A DNA stretch of 64,000 nt from Trichoplax adhaerens (GCF_000150275.1 NW_002060948.1:953983-1017982); one strand, 5' to 3'; numbered from the stretch's first letter, positions 26,409 to 38,031 are shown. Made by a program: numbers and translations. The notes: generated from the letters alone by a model not told the origin.

Positions 26409-27345
26409 NNNNNNNNNNNNNNNNNNNNNNNNNNNNNNNNNNNNNNNNNNNNNNNNNNNNNNNNNNNNNNNNNNNNNNNNNNNNNNNNNNNNNNNNNNNN
26501 NNNNNNNNNNNNNNNNNNNNNNNNNNNNNNNNNNNNNNNNNNNNNNNNNNNNNNNNNNNNNNNNNNNNNNNNNNNNNNNNNNNNNNNNNNNNNNNNNNNN
26601 NNNNNNNNNNNNNNNNNNNNNNNNNNNNNNNNNNNNNNNNNNNNNNNNNNNNNNNNNNNNNNNNNNNNNNNNNNNNNNNNNNNNNNNNNNNNNNNNNNNN
26701 NNNNNNNNNNNNNNNNNNNNNNNNNNNNNNNNNNNNNNNNNNNNNNNNNNNNNNNNNNNNNNNNNNNNNNNNNNNNNNNNNNNNNNNNNNNNNNNNNNNN
26801 NNNNNNNNNNNNNNNNNNNNNNNNNNNNNNNNNNNNNNNNNNNNNNNNNNNNNNNNNNNNNNNNNNNNNNNNNNNNNNNNNNNNNNNNNNNNNNNNNNNN
26901 NNNNNNNNNNNNNNNNNNNNNNNNNNNNNNNNNNNNNNNNNNNNNNNNNNNNNNNNNNNNNNNNNNNNNNNNNNNNNNNNNNNNNNNNNNNNNNNNNNNN
27001 NNNNNNNNNNNNNNNNNNNNNNNNNNNNNNNNNNNNNNNNNNNNNNNNNNNNNNNNNNNNNNNNNNNNNNNNNNNNNNNNNNNNNNNNNNNNNNNNNNNN
27101 NNNNNNNNNNNNNNNNNNNNNNNNNNNNNNNNNNNNNNNNNNNNNNNNNNNNNNNNNNNNNNNNNNNNNNNNNNNNNNNNNNNNNNNNNNNNNNNNNNNN
27201 NNNNNNNNNNNNNNNNNNNNNNNNNNNNNNNNNNNNNNNNNNNNNNNNNNNNNNNNNNNNNNNNNNNNNNNNNNNNNNNNNNNNNNNNNNNNNNNNNNNN
27301 NNNNNNNNNNNNNNNNNNNNNNNNNNNNNNNNNNNNNNNNNNNNN
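26409..27345. other. Assembly gap
   Basis: Run of N. Confidence 1.
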
Positions 27346-27538
27346 ACGAAGTATAAACGAGAACGAGTAGATTTATCAAGGCAAGACAACGTTACTTGCG
27401 CGATTATTCTATATTCAACCGTTAAGTAATCATTAAATTGAAGTATTGCCATTAAGGGGACTTATCGCATCGGAGCCAGTAAATCACTTTTTCTTAGCCT
27501 TTTCTAAGAAAGTATTCTATTTTATCAAGAAACAAGTT

Positions 27539-28236
27539 ATGTTGAATGTCACTTATATCCAGGAGAAGGTAGAGAAAGGCTTTGAGCAAACACGCCAAAC
27601 GAAAAAATAAATAAAAGAGACTTTCAGTAAGCTTACTAGGAGGAGTGTATCAAAGTTCCTCGTGCTAACGTTAACGACTAAGAGTGGAAACACAACGATC
27701 GGCACGACCGGCGTTGGGAAAAGTACACTCTTAAATTATATGTTACACAATGAAATGAAATGAAAAATGAAGATAACGGGGCTGTAGATGCCATAGATTC
27801 TGCAACCTTTAAGGTCGGTCATGAAATGGATTCAGAAACTTCATATGCGAAGCCAGTTATAAGCAATCACTATCCTTGGGTTTTCACAGATTGTCCAGGT
27901 TTTTTGGATAATAGAGATCCAGACGATGCTGTTGTGACTGCAATTAGTAGTCCCCTGGCGGTTCGAAATGCCCGTCAGGTTAAAGCTGTCGTAATATTAA
28001 TAGAAATTAGTGGTATACTCCGTGCGGGACTAGAGGAATTAAGCACATTGCTGAAAGTACTGATTACACTTTTTCACAACCCAGTCGATATGGTAAACTA
28101 TTCCGTCTTTGGTATAACAAAAACAGATCTTTTGGGATTGACAGAAGACAGAGCGAAACAAAAAGTTTGGGATGCTTTTAAGAAAATCGTAAAGCATTGT
28201 GATCAAAAACTGGATACGATCAAGAAGGAGCCATAA
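27539..28236 (+). pseudogene. Disrupted B-like GTPase paralog
   Basis: MLNVTYIQEKVEKGFEQTR, then an insertion, then IGTTGVGKSTLLNYML, a frameshift, and ORF 27760 with DCPGFLDNR and TKTD. Truncated after the G domain. Confidence 0.85.
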
Positions 28237-28624
28237 AAAAGTGTTGAATCTCCCCGATATTTTTATATTATGATTGTAACGAGATCAAGAATCTGGGATT
28301 TTGAGCTTTCCTTTCCTTTAGTCTACTTTTATTTGGAAGCCCAAGCCAAGCGCGATATCATACACACGTTAACGAGACATAAGAACTGTGACAACAAATC
28401 AGCTCTAGTACGAACATAACTTGAATACCATATCCAAATACACGTGAACATTTGTAGCATGTGATCTTAATCTAGTACAGTACTGTACTGTATATAGTAG
28501 AAGCATGGAAAACCAAAATAAATTTAGGAATGCTATAATTGCATGGCGAATAAATAATGACCAAATTCTAAGTAAAAGATTGTCTTCTGTTCTACTGCTG
28601 TATTGCATGAAGATATGACCAAAT

Positions 28625-28940
28625 GCGTATTGCCCGGCCAAAGTCCAGCAAATCCTAGATTTCGGACTTTGGCCGGGCCAATACGCGTAATGGCCGAGTC
28701 ACACACGGCCAAAGCCCGATTGGCTATTGTTCACAATAATCGTAGTTTACACAGTACGTAATGTCGCCGGTAGCAACAAAGTAAGTAACATTACTGACCA
28801 TATTAGCTTGCGTATTACGCGTATTGGCCGGCCTAGTTTGGTCTATACGCGTATTGGCCCGGCCAAAGTCCGAAATCTAGGATTTGCTGGACTTTGGCCG
28901 GGCAATACGCGTATTGGCCAACTTCGGGTTTTGGCCGTAA
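28625..28940. repeat. GC-rich nested inverted repeat (foldback/MITE-like)
   Basis: 28625-28689 is the reverse complement of 28846-28910. Each arm is itself a hairpin (cccggccaaagtcc...ggactttggccggg). Confidence 0.85.
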
Positions 28941-29174
28941 TATCGCGCTATAAACGATATTTTGAACAGATGTAGACATTGCTACGATTGCGGAAGGACC
29001 TCTACGTACTCTTCATAGAGCAACATAGAGCTGACCATGATTAAAAAGCGGTGTTGGCAAGCATAAGCCAATCTTTTCCAGAGACTGGCATTGAGATTTA
29101 TTTATTCGCGGTAATTGCAAAAGCCAATTTCACCGTATTATTTACAGTACAGTACTGTATATTAGCATACTGTA

Positions 29175-29363
29175 CATTAGGCCTGATCATTTTGCATAGA
29201 TTTTTTTATACACTTCGTTTAAGCTGTCCTACTGATACATTAGACATGTATTGACATATCTAGAAAAAAATAAAGAAATCGTCCAATCTCACGCGGCGCA
29301 AATCAAATTTGTGTCCTGCATCATCCCCGTGCGAGAAATTATTTTAAATGATCAGGCCTACTG
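29175..29363. mobile_element. Tc1/mariner-type MITE, 189 bp
   Basis: TA|CAtTAGGCCTGATCATTT ... AAATGATCAGGCCTACTG|TA: an 18-bp TIR with 1 mismatch, a CAGT-type end and TA flanks. Confidence 0.72.
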
Positions 29364-29645
29364 TACATGTTTTAGCGCATTTTGCATAATTTATTGATTT
29401 TGTTGTTTGAATCGATCAGATGCGCCATAGGGCATCACCGATAAACGCCCCAAGCCAATAATCAATTCTATTTGAACCAATCAGATGGTTAAATATGTAT
29501 TTCATCCGTATATTTTAGTAATTTTTTAAAGAAAAATAAACTCAGTAGATTTAAAGAAAATAATCTCGGTAGCAAAGAAAAATTGCTACCGAGAAATAAA
29601 TGTCAGTAGAAAGTGAAGTAAACTGTAAAAGGTTTCGCATAAAAG

Positions 29646-32168
29646 ATGACGAGCATCAACGAGATTCTAAAGAAGTTAGAAAATGGTTTTGAACATACTC
29701 GGAAGGGCGAAGGTAAAGATTTAGTGTTAGCTATTGGTAATACTGGCGTTGGCAAAAGTACTTTTCTGAACTACATGCTAAAGCATAAAATGTGTCAGGA
29801 CCAAAATACTGGAAATATAGATACGGTGCAGCCTGCCACCTTTAAGATCGGCCATGAAATGGAGTCAGAAACTTTATACGCTACGCCATTTGTCAGCGAG
29901 ATCTATCCTTGGGTTTATACAGATTGTCCCGGATTTCAAGATAATAGAATATCAAGTGATGCTGTCGTAAGTTCTATTAGTACTGAATTGGCGGTTCGAA
30001 ATGCTCGTCAGGTTAAGGCTGTTGTGATTTTAATAGAAGTCCATACTTTACTCTCTGCAAGACTAAATGAGTTAAGTCAATTAATGAAGACACTAATTTC
30101 GCTCTTTAAGAGCCCAATCGATATGGCCAATTATTCCATCGTGGCTATAACAAAAGTAGATTCTCTAGGACTGACAGAAGAGACTACAAAGCAAAGAATG
30201 TTGCAAGGTTTTAAAAAAATCGAAAGGAATTGTGATGGAAATCTAGAAATGCTTAAAAATAAGTATGAAAGAAGTAAATCTCCTTTAGCTGATGATTTAC
30301 ATTCAGCATCTGCCCCGACACCGGAAGATTTTGCATTTATTAAGGCTTTTGTTGCTGCTATACTTCAAAAGCAAGATGATATAGTATTTGTTAAACCCTT
30401 AGATGAAGGCCAGTCCAGAGAAAGAGTTATCGAACTGATTAAAGGAATTAGGCCACATAAATCGAAAAAATTGTATAATCAAATAGTCTCTGCTGTGCGT
30501 TCTTTTCCCTCGTCTTTCGGACCCTTGAGCTCTGATCATGATAAAGATAAGCAAGAGAAAGTTAAACGTCTTACTGTGAAGGATTTTAACTTTCAAACAT
30601 ACAGTGAGCAAAGAATACTTTTTAATAAGGCTATTTATGATCGCGCACATGATGGTAACGAACTAATAGAAGCTATCAAGACACAATCAAATCAACTTAA
30701 GAGTGCTATTAACACTTGCCAAGAAAGTGAGACTAGAATTATGACACTAAATGAACTTAAATCAAATCTTCAACGCTTATTTTATGATTCTGGAGATTCA
30801 ACTGGCTCTATAGAAAACTCAGAGACACTCATCGCTCGAAATAGGACTACAATTAATTCGCAATCAGAAGAGAAGCGGACTATTAAGACACGTATAGTTA
30901 CCTTAGATAGAGAGTTAGCCAAAATCGACACGGATGAACTTAAACTATTTCGTTCTGAGCATCTATCTAAAGACTGGTCTTTTTGGAGAGGTTGGTTTTA
31001 TATATTAGACTTTGAGGCTAAAACTGATAGTGAATCGATTCCAATGGTTATTGAAAAAGATCAAGCAAATGGGGGTTGGTACGATACCGTCGATCAACGT
31101 AAAAAAGGCTATTATAAAACAAAATATGTTTCTCAATGGTTCACTGAAGCTTATGCTAAAGTAGATGCTTATATTAAAACCAAGCAAGATACAGGTAATC
31201 AACTACGGATTAAAGAGATTAGCAAGGAGATAGAATCTCTGCAAAATCGAAAAACAGAATTACGGGCAAGCTTAAATGAGCTTAAAGAAGCGAACAAAAT
31301 CTTGATTCAGAATATTGAATCTATACGAGATGGGAAACTTAAGGCGGCGAAAGATCAGGAAATGAAGATTACAGAGTGTGATCAAGAAATTAATCGACTT
31401 TCTAATAGAATTAAAGAAAATCAAAATTTAATAAAAGAAAGTAAAAGTAAAGGTACACAATTGTTAAAATCGTTCTTCGAAGGTAGTCCTGATAACGCTA
31501 GAGTACCTGTGAAATTTCAAGTTATTAAAGAAGTCGCTGAGTTATTAGACTTTCCCTCTCCTTTAGTACAGGTTTTTATAAAATGCTACGATCCGTTTAT
31601 AAAACAGCAGCTATCTGATATTCGTAAACTTTTTGAGATTAATCCTGCTACGATTAATTTTAGCACATTACCTACTCAAGCGGTCCCTGAATGTGATGAG
31701 GACATTGGTCCTAAAGATCCTATAACGAGTCAACGAATTATAACTCCGGTAGTAACTGATGCTGGCACCCTATTTGATTTACAATCATTGCGTAAATGCT
31801 TTCCTGAACATCCTACTAAAGAAGATGTATATGAATTCTCCCACTATGACGGACGAGTAGAGCATATTCACTATTTATGCTGGAAACAAATCGGTAATCT
31901 TAGTGAATATTTGTATCAGAGAAGAAGACAGACATCTCCAGAAAAACGTCACTCATTTATTAACATACCGAGTGATTTAAATGAGTTACTCAGAATACAA
32001 TACGATCTTCAGCAAGAAATAGCTTGTATAGAAAAGGAATTTAAGGCGGCGATGGATAAAAAGCAAATAGAATTAGAGAAGATTAATACACAGATTCAAT
32101 CGCTTCATATATCAGAATCATCGGATAAAGATACTTTCAGTGATGAAGAATATGAGATTGTATCTTAA
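29646..32168 (+). CDS. Intronless GTPase / coiled-coil / U-box-like protein, subfamily B, copy B1 (840 aa)
   Basis: G1 GNTGVGKST, SET, DCPG, TKVD; Trp-rich insert DWSFWRGWF...GGWYD...YVSQWF; PKDPITSQRIITPVVTDAGTLFDLQSL; tail SDEEYEIVS*. Confidence 0.92.
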   Translation: MTSINEILKKLENGFEHTRKGEGKDLVLAIGNTGVGKSTFLNYMLKHKMCQDQNTGNIDTVQPATFKIGHEMESETLYATPFVSEIYPWVYTDCPGFQDNRISSDAVVSSISTELAVRNARQVKAVVILIEVHTLLSARLNELSQLMKTLISLFKSPIDMANYSIVAITKVDSLGLTEETTKQRMLQGFKKIERNCDGNLEMLKNKYERSKSPLADDLHSASAPTPEDFAFIKAFVAAILQKQDDIVFVKPLDEGQSRERVIELIKGIRPHKSKKLYNQIVSAVRSFPSSFGPLSSDHDKDKQEKVKRLTVKDFNFQTYSEQRILFNKAIYDRAHDGNELIEAIKTQSNQLKSAINTCQESETRIMTLNELKSNLQRLFYDSGDSTGSIENSETLIARNRTTINSQSEEKRTIKTRIVTLDRELAKIDTDELKLFRSEHLSKDWSFWRGWFYILDFEAKTDSESIPMVIEKDQANGGWYDTVDQRKKGYYKTKYVSQWFTEAYAKVDAYIKTKQDTGNQLRIKEISKEIESLQNRKTELRASLNELKEANKILIQNIESIRDGKLKAAKDQEMKITECDQEINRLSNRIKENQNLIKESKSKGTQLLKSFFEGSPDNARVPVKFQVIKEVAELLDFPSPLVQVFIKCYDPFIKQQLSDIRKLFEINPATINFSTLPTQAVPECDEDIGPKDPITSQRIITPVVTDAGTLFDLQSLRKCFPEHPTKEDVYEFSHYDGRVEHIHYLCWKQIGNLSEYLYQRRRQTSPEKRHSFINIPSDLNELLRIQYDLQQEIACIEKEFKAAMDKKQIELEKINTQIQSLHISESSDKDTFSDEEYEIVS

Positions 32169-34651
32169 AAGTACTTTGTATCTCTTACTCCATGTTCCAC
32201 ATAGTTAGCGATGATTTATTACTATAGTATTAAGCTAGTTGTACCAATGTATGTGTACATGATTTGAGTAATGTTATCATTCCTATTAGAATTCATTGTT
32301 AATTGATAGATATTTGTTAATTCAAATAACTTTACGACATTATTATCTTGTGATGTCTCTTGAATTAATTGCTAAAATTTATAATAAGCATATATTAATT
32401 CTTAGAGGTATTTTTCTACTATTTGATAGACTTGCTTGGCATTCAGGAAATGTCGAATTTGTTGTTTAATTTTTCGAGAAATAAGTAAAAAATGACTCAA
32501 TTAACATCTAGTAATCCATATGATAATAGCCATATACAGCATATCATTCGCAGGGTAATTTGCAATAGTACTGTATACTACATTTAAACGGCAGGTTTAC
32601 TAGTAGATATTAATAATTTTAGTAATTCATTACGGTTCTTAAATTAGTAAATTGTTACAGATATTTGATGTAAAGATGAAGATTAGGGCAAAGATAATAA
32701 CGATGGTAATAAATTCTTAAGATACGGGTCATTGATGTTAACATTTAAATATTGTCAATTTGGCTGCCAGTACTATAACATATCGATACAAAACTTTGTT
32801 GCCGTTGGTTCCCAATTATAATGAACAATTATTGTCATAATAACACTAGTTCATTACGGTACTCAAATTCTGTTAAAATTTAGTCGATTTTTATTACTAA
32901 TGACATCTGAAAAAAGAGGTTATAATAGGGATAGTAGAATTTTTTATATAAGTACCTACTATTCATATTCTTTTCCTTAGTGCAAGTAATTTATACGAAT
33001 AGATAGGTATATTAGCCCCCACTGGTCCACAATAGAGTAAATTTCAGTCGAACTCATTATAAGGTTTTAATGGCAAATAATGCTAGAATCCTATTAAATG
33101 ATAAGTACATAATTTTAACTAAAAGGTAAGGTAATTAGGTAAGTGATTACTACAAAATAAGCTACAACATCGACTTCACTTTTACTTTCTAAAAGGAGTT
33201 ACTGCGCCTCTAACAATTAACCCACAATGGCTACTATAAACCATATCATATCATAGTTATACCGCTACAATGAATTCGATATCAGCTCTGATAGCATTAG
33301 GCGATCGGTATCATTATTGATCTAGTATTGTGCGTATAAAAAGGAGATGCTTATTAGATACGCGTATTTTCGGTAAGCAACCTATTTATTAACCTTATCA
33401 ATTTCTGGAAGATATTCTACCAGTGTATTACTTATTTAACGTAGTAGTTATTCTCGCATTATTTCCTATTTATAATTGGTATCATTTATCAGCCTTATAA
33501 TATTAATCTATGTGCGACTACAGCATTATTTGATTATTGTTAAATTATCGTAGTTGTTCACAGTTGAATTTCTAATAAAAATCTTGTGAGAAAAAATTTG
33601 ATGGTATAATTTCATTTGTAAACTTTTAAATACTTAACATAGTGTAAAATCTTTCCAATTTTTACATACTTTCACCTGATTTGGCTAATTTCCTATTTTC
33701 AACTGTTCATAATAATACTCTGCGCCCTGTTACACGGAAGTATGTAGTGTTAATCCTACAATAAACTGTTTTCGATCTGGTTTCTATCCTACAGTACCTC
33801 ATAAATAATTATGTATCTTTGAGCGGTAAGTTTTCAATTAAATAACATGTTAGGAATTAGCAACATGAATTATCATTTCATAATAAGATGTAATGATTTG
33901 CATGGACAACATATGGTTATACAGTACCGACGTAAATATAAAATCCTAAGGCGATGATTTACAATAAGATGCCGCCCAATATAAGTGCTAGATATCTTTT
34001 GCTATTATACGAATTCCATACGAGTCCAAGAGTACCATATAAACAAAAGTACATTTGTGTAAACTATCTCGAGGGAATATTGCACTAGTTTACATAAAGA
34101 TGCGATTGATATGCCTACTCCAAGTTCATGGTCTGGGTTAAGCTCAAGTAGTTCGTGAGCTAAAATCAATAAGTCTGGAATTTAAGAGATACTCACTGAA
34201 TCTCTTGTGTAAGCTGTCGTACTCGATCTAGGCGCACAATGCTCGTATACTGCATTGAGGATCTCTAATAATGAATTACATATTCGAGCAACTACACTTG
34301 GAAAGATGACCTTCCAGACTATTTCCTTTACACATTTCAGATTGCGACTTTACAACACTAATCAATGCCGTCATCGTGATGTAAAGCCATAAGTAAGTGA
34401 TTAAAATTCTTCTATTGCTTATTTACAATATTGAACCTTATGCTTTGAATCGACCAGTAGTAAACAGCTACATAACGATGTCTCTTGTTTACATTATGAC
34501 CGGATAAGTCATTCTAAAGTTTTCTTTCTAGTTAGTGTCAGGTATTAGCTCTTTATTTAGTTTTTTGCGTTTTCAAAAAAAATTGCTATCGGTCGAGCCA
34601 TAGTTGAAATCCAGTGGAAAGGAATTCTAATAAGTAAAAGGAGGGATCACC

Positions 34652-37231
34652 ATGCCTGCGATAGAAATCAGTGAGATACAAGCCAAATTGGCAGCTGGTT
34701 TTAAACTAACACAACAAGCCAATGGCAAAGACTTAGTTCTGGTGATCGGTAATACTGGTGTGGGTAAAAGCACCTTTCTTAACTATATGTTGGGGCATAC
34801 AATGCGTGAAAATGAAGAATTAGATGTGATAGAGGCCGTAGAGACGTCTGCCTTACACATTGGCCATGAGATGCGTTCAGAGACTTTATACGCACGGCCG
34901 GTTGTGAGTCAAGACTATCCTTGGGTTTTTACCGACTGTCCGGGATTTTTGGATAACAGAATAACCAATGATACAATTGTGACTTCTATTAGTATGGAAT
35001 TAGCGATTCGTAGTGCAAATCAGGTCAAAGGAATTATTATCTTGATGGATGCAACTGAGTTTTTGAATAGTAGATTGAGTACTTTAAGTCCATTGATGAA
35101 GATATTGATTAAATTGTTTAGAGATCCAGTTGAAATGTTAAAGTATTCTGTAATTGGTGTGACCAAAACGGATAAGATGAAAGGTGGAAAAACAAAATCT
35201 AAAAGAATGATGGTGCAAGCTTTTGGTAAAATCAAAGAAGAATGTCAGAGAAAAATACAGACTCTTCAGTCAGAATTTGAAAGACAAGGTCATAAAGCTT
35301 TCTTTTCTATAGGGAGTGAGAATAAAGAGGAAAGCGATCTGAGAGAATTAACTGTTAGCGACTATAAAGTGATGACAGAATATATCAGTGCAGTACTTAG
35401 ACGACAAGATGAGATCGTTTTTATTGATGTTCTTGATGACGGCGATTCAAAGCAACACATTATTGATCGTATTCATGCAATTAGGCCGAGAACTGAAGCT
35501 CAAACGGGCCACTCACTACAGGATACTCTTCCAACTGCGTTATCAGCATCCGCTGAATACTTGCAGCTAGATACTTTATCGCTACGGCCTATTACAGTAG
35601 CAGATTTTAATTTTGAGCATTATGATGTAAATAGAAGACACTTTAATCTTGCTATTTATGATTTTGCTAGTGAAGGTAGCCGATTAATTGGTGCGATCAT
35701 AGGGGTAGCAAATCAACTGAAACGCATGATCGATATGTGGCAAGACAACAAAATTAGAATGGCGGCATTGAATAAACTAAAATCAGAGTTACAAAATTAT
35801 ATCTCTGTTTCTGAAGGCCCAAGGAAATTATTGAATACCTGGTCAGAAATGCTTTCAGAAAATGCTCAATCCATTCAATCAGCGCAAGAAGATATTCATT
35901 CGATTAAAAATCAGATAAAAAAGCATGAACAAGAATTGAATGAAGTTAATACTGATAAACCCATAAAATTTGCGGAAAAAATATATCTCAAAAAAGAGTG
36001 GTATTGGACCCACCATAAGGAACTCTTCAAGTTTGATACTGAAAATGAATCAGTACCAATAGTCGATGTAGACAAACACATAGGTAATGGTTGCTGGTGT
36101 TATACGAAAGATGAAAGAAAAAAAGGCCGATATAAATCGTTATATCTATCAGACTGGCTGGCGTACGGGGATGCTAGAATAACTGTTTACATTGCTTCTA
36201 AGGATGAAGAAGGCAACCGTAAGCTCGTTAGAGATCTTCAGACAGAAATTCATCGATCTGGAGAACTCTTGGCTGAGATACAAGCTAATCTATCGTTGCT
36301 TGAAGAATCTAAAGATCGTTTATTATCCAGTATAAAATCGATGGAAAATGTAGTTCAGGAAGAAGTAGAAAAGGATCGAGCTGATAAAATGTTGCAATGT
36401 GATGGAGAAATTGAGCAGTTATCTGCTCGTATGACAGAAAATCGAAAGCAGATAAAAATGACTAAAGCAAAGGCTTTAAAATTATTGAAAAAATTTTGTG
36501 ATGATTCTGAATCTTTAAATATCCATAAAAAATTTAAAATTGTCAAAAGTATTAATGAGTTACTACAACTACCAGGCACTTTAGTGGATAAATTCATTGA
36601 ACGTTATGAGGGGTTTAAAGCTGAGTTTAAAACCATACAAAAATGTTTTCGGATAGACTTAGATAAGGAAGATTTGAGCCAATTTTCGCAAGATAATTCA
36701 ACGGATCAATTAGATAGAGCTATAAATAGAAAAGATCCAATAAGTGGTAAATGGATTAGGACGCTGGTAGTAACAAAAGCAGGAACAGGATTTGAATTAT
36801 CTTCCTTAGTGGAGCAATTTCCTGAGAATTGTATAGGGAGCGTTTTTGAATTTATTCATCCTACTGGTAAAAAAGAGCGCATTTTTTATGGTGATTGGAC
36901 TATCATGTCTGAATGGCCCGCACTTACAGGGCAAGAAGAGAGATTTTCTCAAGCCGATCAAGTACTTGGTATGTCATCGAATGATCCACTGGAATTGATC
37001 AAAGTGAAAAAGAGTGTAGAGGAAGAGATAGAGTTGTTAGTGCAAGGTATTCAAGAGCAAGAAGAGGAACTCTTTGCAAAGCGAGATCAGTTAAAAAAAA
37101 TCACCGAACGTCTTAAAGGGCTTGGCTTTTTACTTTCAGTAGATGAAACCGAAGAGACTAGTTCCATTGATAGTAGTTTTATCCAAATAGATGCTATAGA
37201 TACTTCCTTTATTCCTGATGTTAGCGCATAA
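34652..37231 (+). CDS. Intronless GTPase / coiled-coil / U-box-like protein, subfamily A, divergent copy A3 (859 aa)
   Basis: Collinear with A1: GNTGVGKST, DCPG, TKTD; KDPISGKWIRTLVVTKAGTGFE; tail IDSSFIQID. Confidence 0.92.
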   Translation: MPAIEISEIQAKLAAGFKLTQQANGKDLVLVIGNTGVGKSTFLNYMLGHTMRENEELDVIEAVETSALHIGHEMRSETLYARPVVSQDYPWVFTDCPGFLDNRITNDTIVTSISMELAIRSANQVKGIIILMDATEFLNSRLSTLSPLMKILIKLFRDPVEMLKYSVIGVTKTDKMKGGKTKSKRMMVQAFGKIKEECQRKIQTLQSEFERQGHKAFFSIGSENKEESDLRELTVSDYKVMTEYISAVLRRQDEIVFIDVLDDGDSKQHIIDRIHAIRPRTEAQTGHSLQDTLPTALSASAEYLQLDTLSLRPITVADFNFEHYDVNRRHFNLAIYDFASEGSRLIGAIIGVANQLKRMIDMWQDNKIRMAALNKLKSELQNYISVSEGPRKLLNTWSEMLSENAQSIQSAQEDIHSIKNQIKKHEQELNEVNTDKPIKFAEKIYLKKEWYWTHHKELFKFDTENESVPIVDVDKHIGNGCWCYTKDERKKGRYKSLYLSDWLAYGDARITVYIASKDEEGNRKLVRDLQTEIHRSGELLAEIQANLSLLEESKDRLLSSIKSMENVVQEEVEKDRADKMLQCDGEIEQLSARMTENRKQIKMTKAKALKLLKKFCDDSESLNIHKKFKIVKSINELLQLPGTLVDKFIERYEGFKAEFKTIQKCFRIDLDKEDLSQFSQDNSTDQLDRAINRKDPISGKWIRTLVVTKAGTGFELSSLVEQFPENCIGSVFEFIHPTGKKERIFYGDWTIMSEWPALTGQEERFSQADQVLGMSSNDPLELIKVKKSVEEEIELLVQGIQEQEEELFAKRDQLKKITERLKGLGFLLSVDETEETSSIDSSFIQIDAIDTSFIPDVSA

Positions 37232-38031
37232 GCGTATTTTCTTAGAATAATTAGTGCAAAATCTTCGCTAGACTAACACATAGAATATTCAAGAATCTTA
37301 CTCGAATCTTTATTGATAATAAAGTTCTTTGGAGAATATTAGCAATTCCCACTATTGAACACTCGTTTATACTATCTATCGAGACTCGCTTACCCCCTGC
37401 ACGCCGACTAATGTTAGTTGTTATTTACTTGCGCGTGTATTCAAGTTCCAATTTATGTCAGCATATAACCATCGGATCGATGTAATTATAGTTCAGTAGT
37501 TGTTGTTGTCGAGTATTGTGGATATAGCTAGCTAGGCATTTGATAAATAAAGAAAGTTACTTTACACGATTACCGACTGGAGTATATTACAGATTTACAC
37601 TATCGACTACTAGTAATTTTAGTAGTCCATACTTTATACTGTCTTGTGTGGCATGATTGATCTCGCTAATTTATATATAGCAATTTGATTCAAGCGTACT
37701 ACCAAACTAATAAAAAATCACTTTGGCGATGTTAGTTTGATTGACCAATATTGATTGATTTTGAATTATTATTAATATTTATCCTGATATGCTGGTACTC
37801 TACGGTAGAGATTATCCAAACTTTTACTTGAGGGAATTAGGTTAATTGTTTTACCATTATAGTGATAATAAATAAATATAATTAAGGATGTCTCGGAAGA
37901 GCGCAGCACATAAATGAATATATTAGCGTATGTAACTAAAATATCGATAGTGTAGTAAAAGACCAGGGAGATATTTCTTTTCACTTCGAGGATTTGTATA
38001 TATAATCATTAGTAATCAATACAATATCGCA

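Noticed and set aside
20684-27452. Long ORFs full of X
   Set aside because: They are artefacts of reading through the two N gaps.
28277-28392. Short TGTAAC...TGTGACA segment resembling LTR ends
   Set aside because: It is only about 116 bp with no matching TSD; possibly a remnant, but not supportable.
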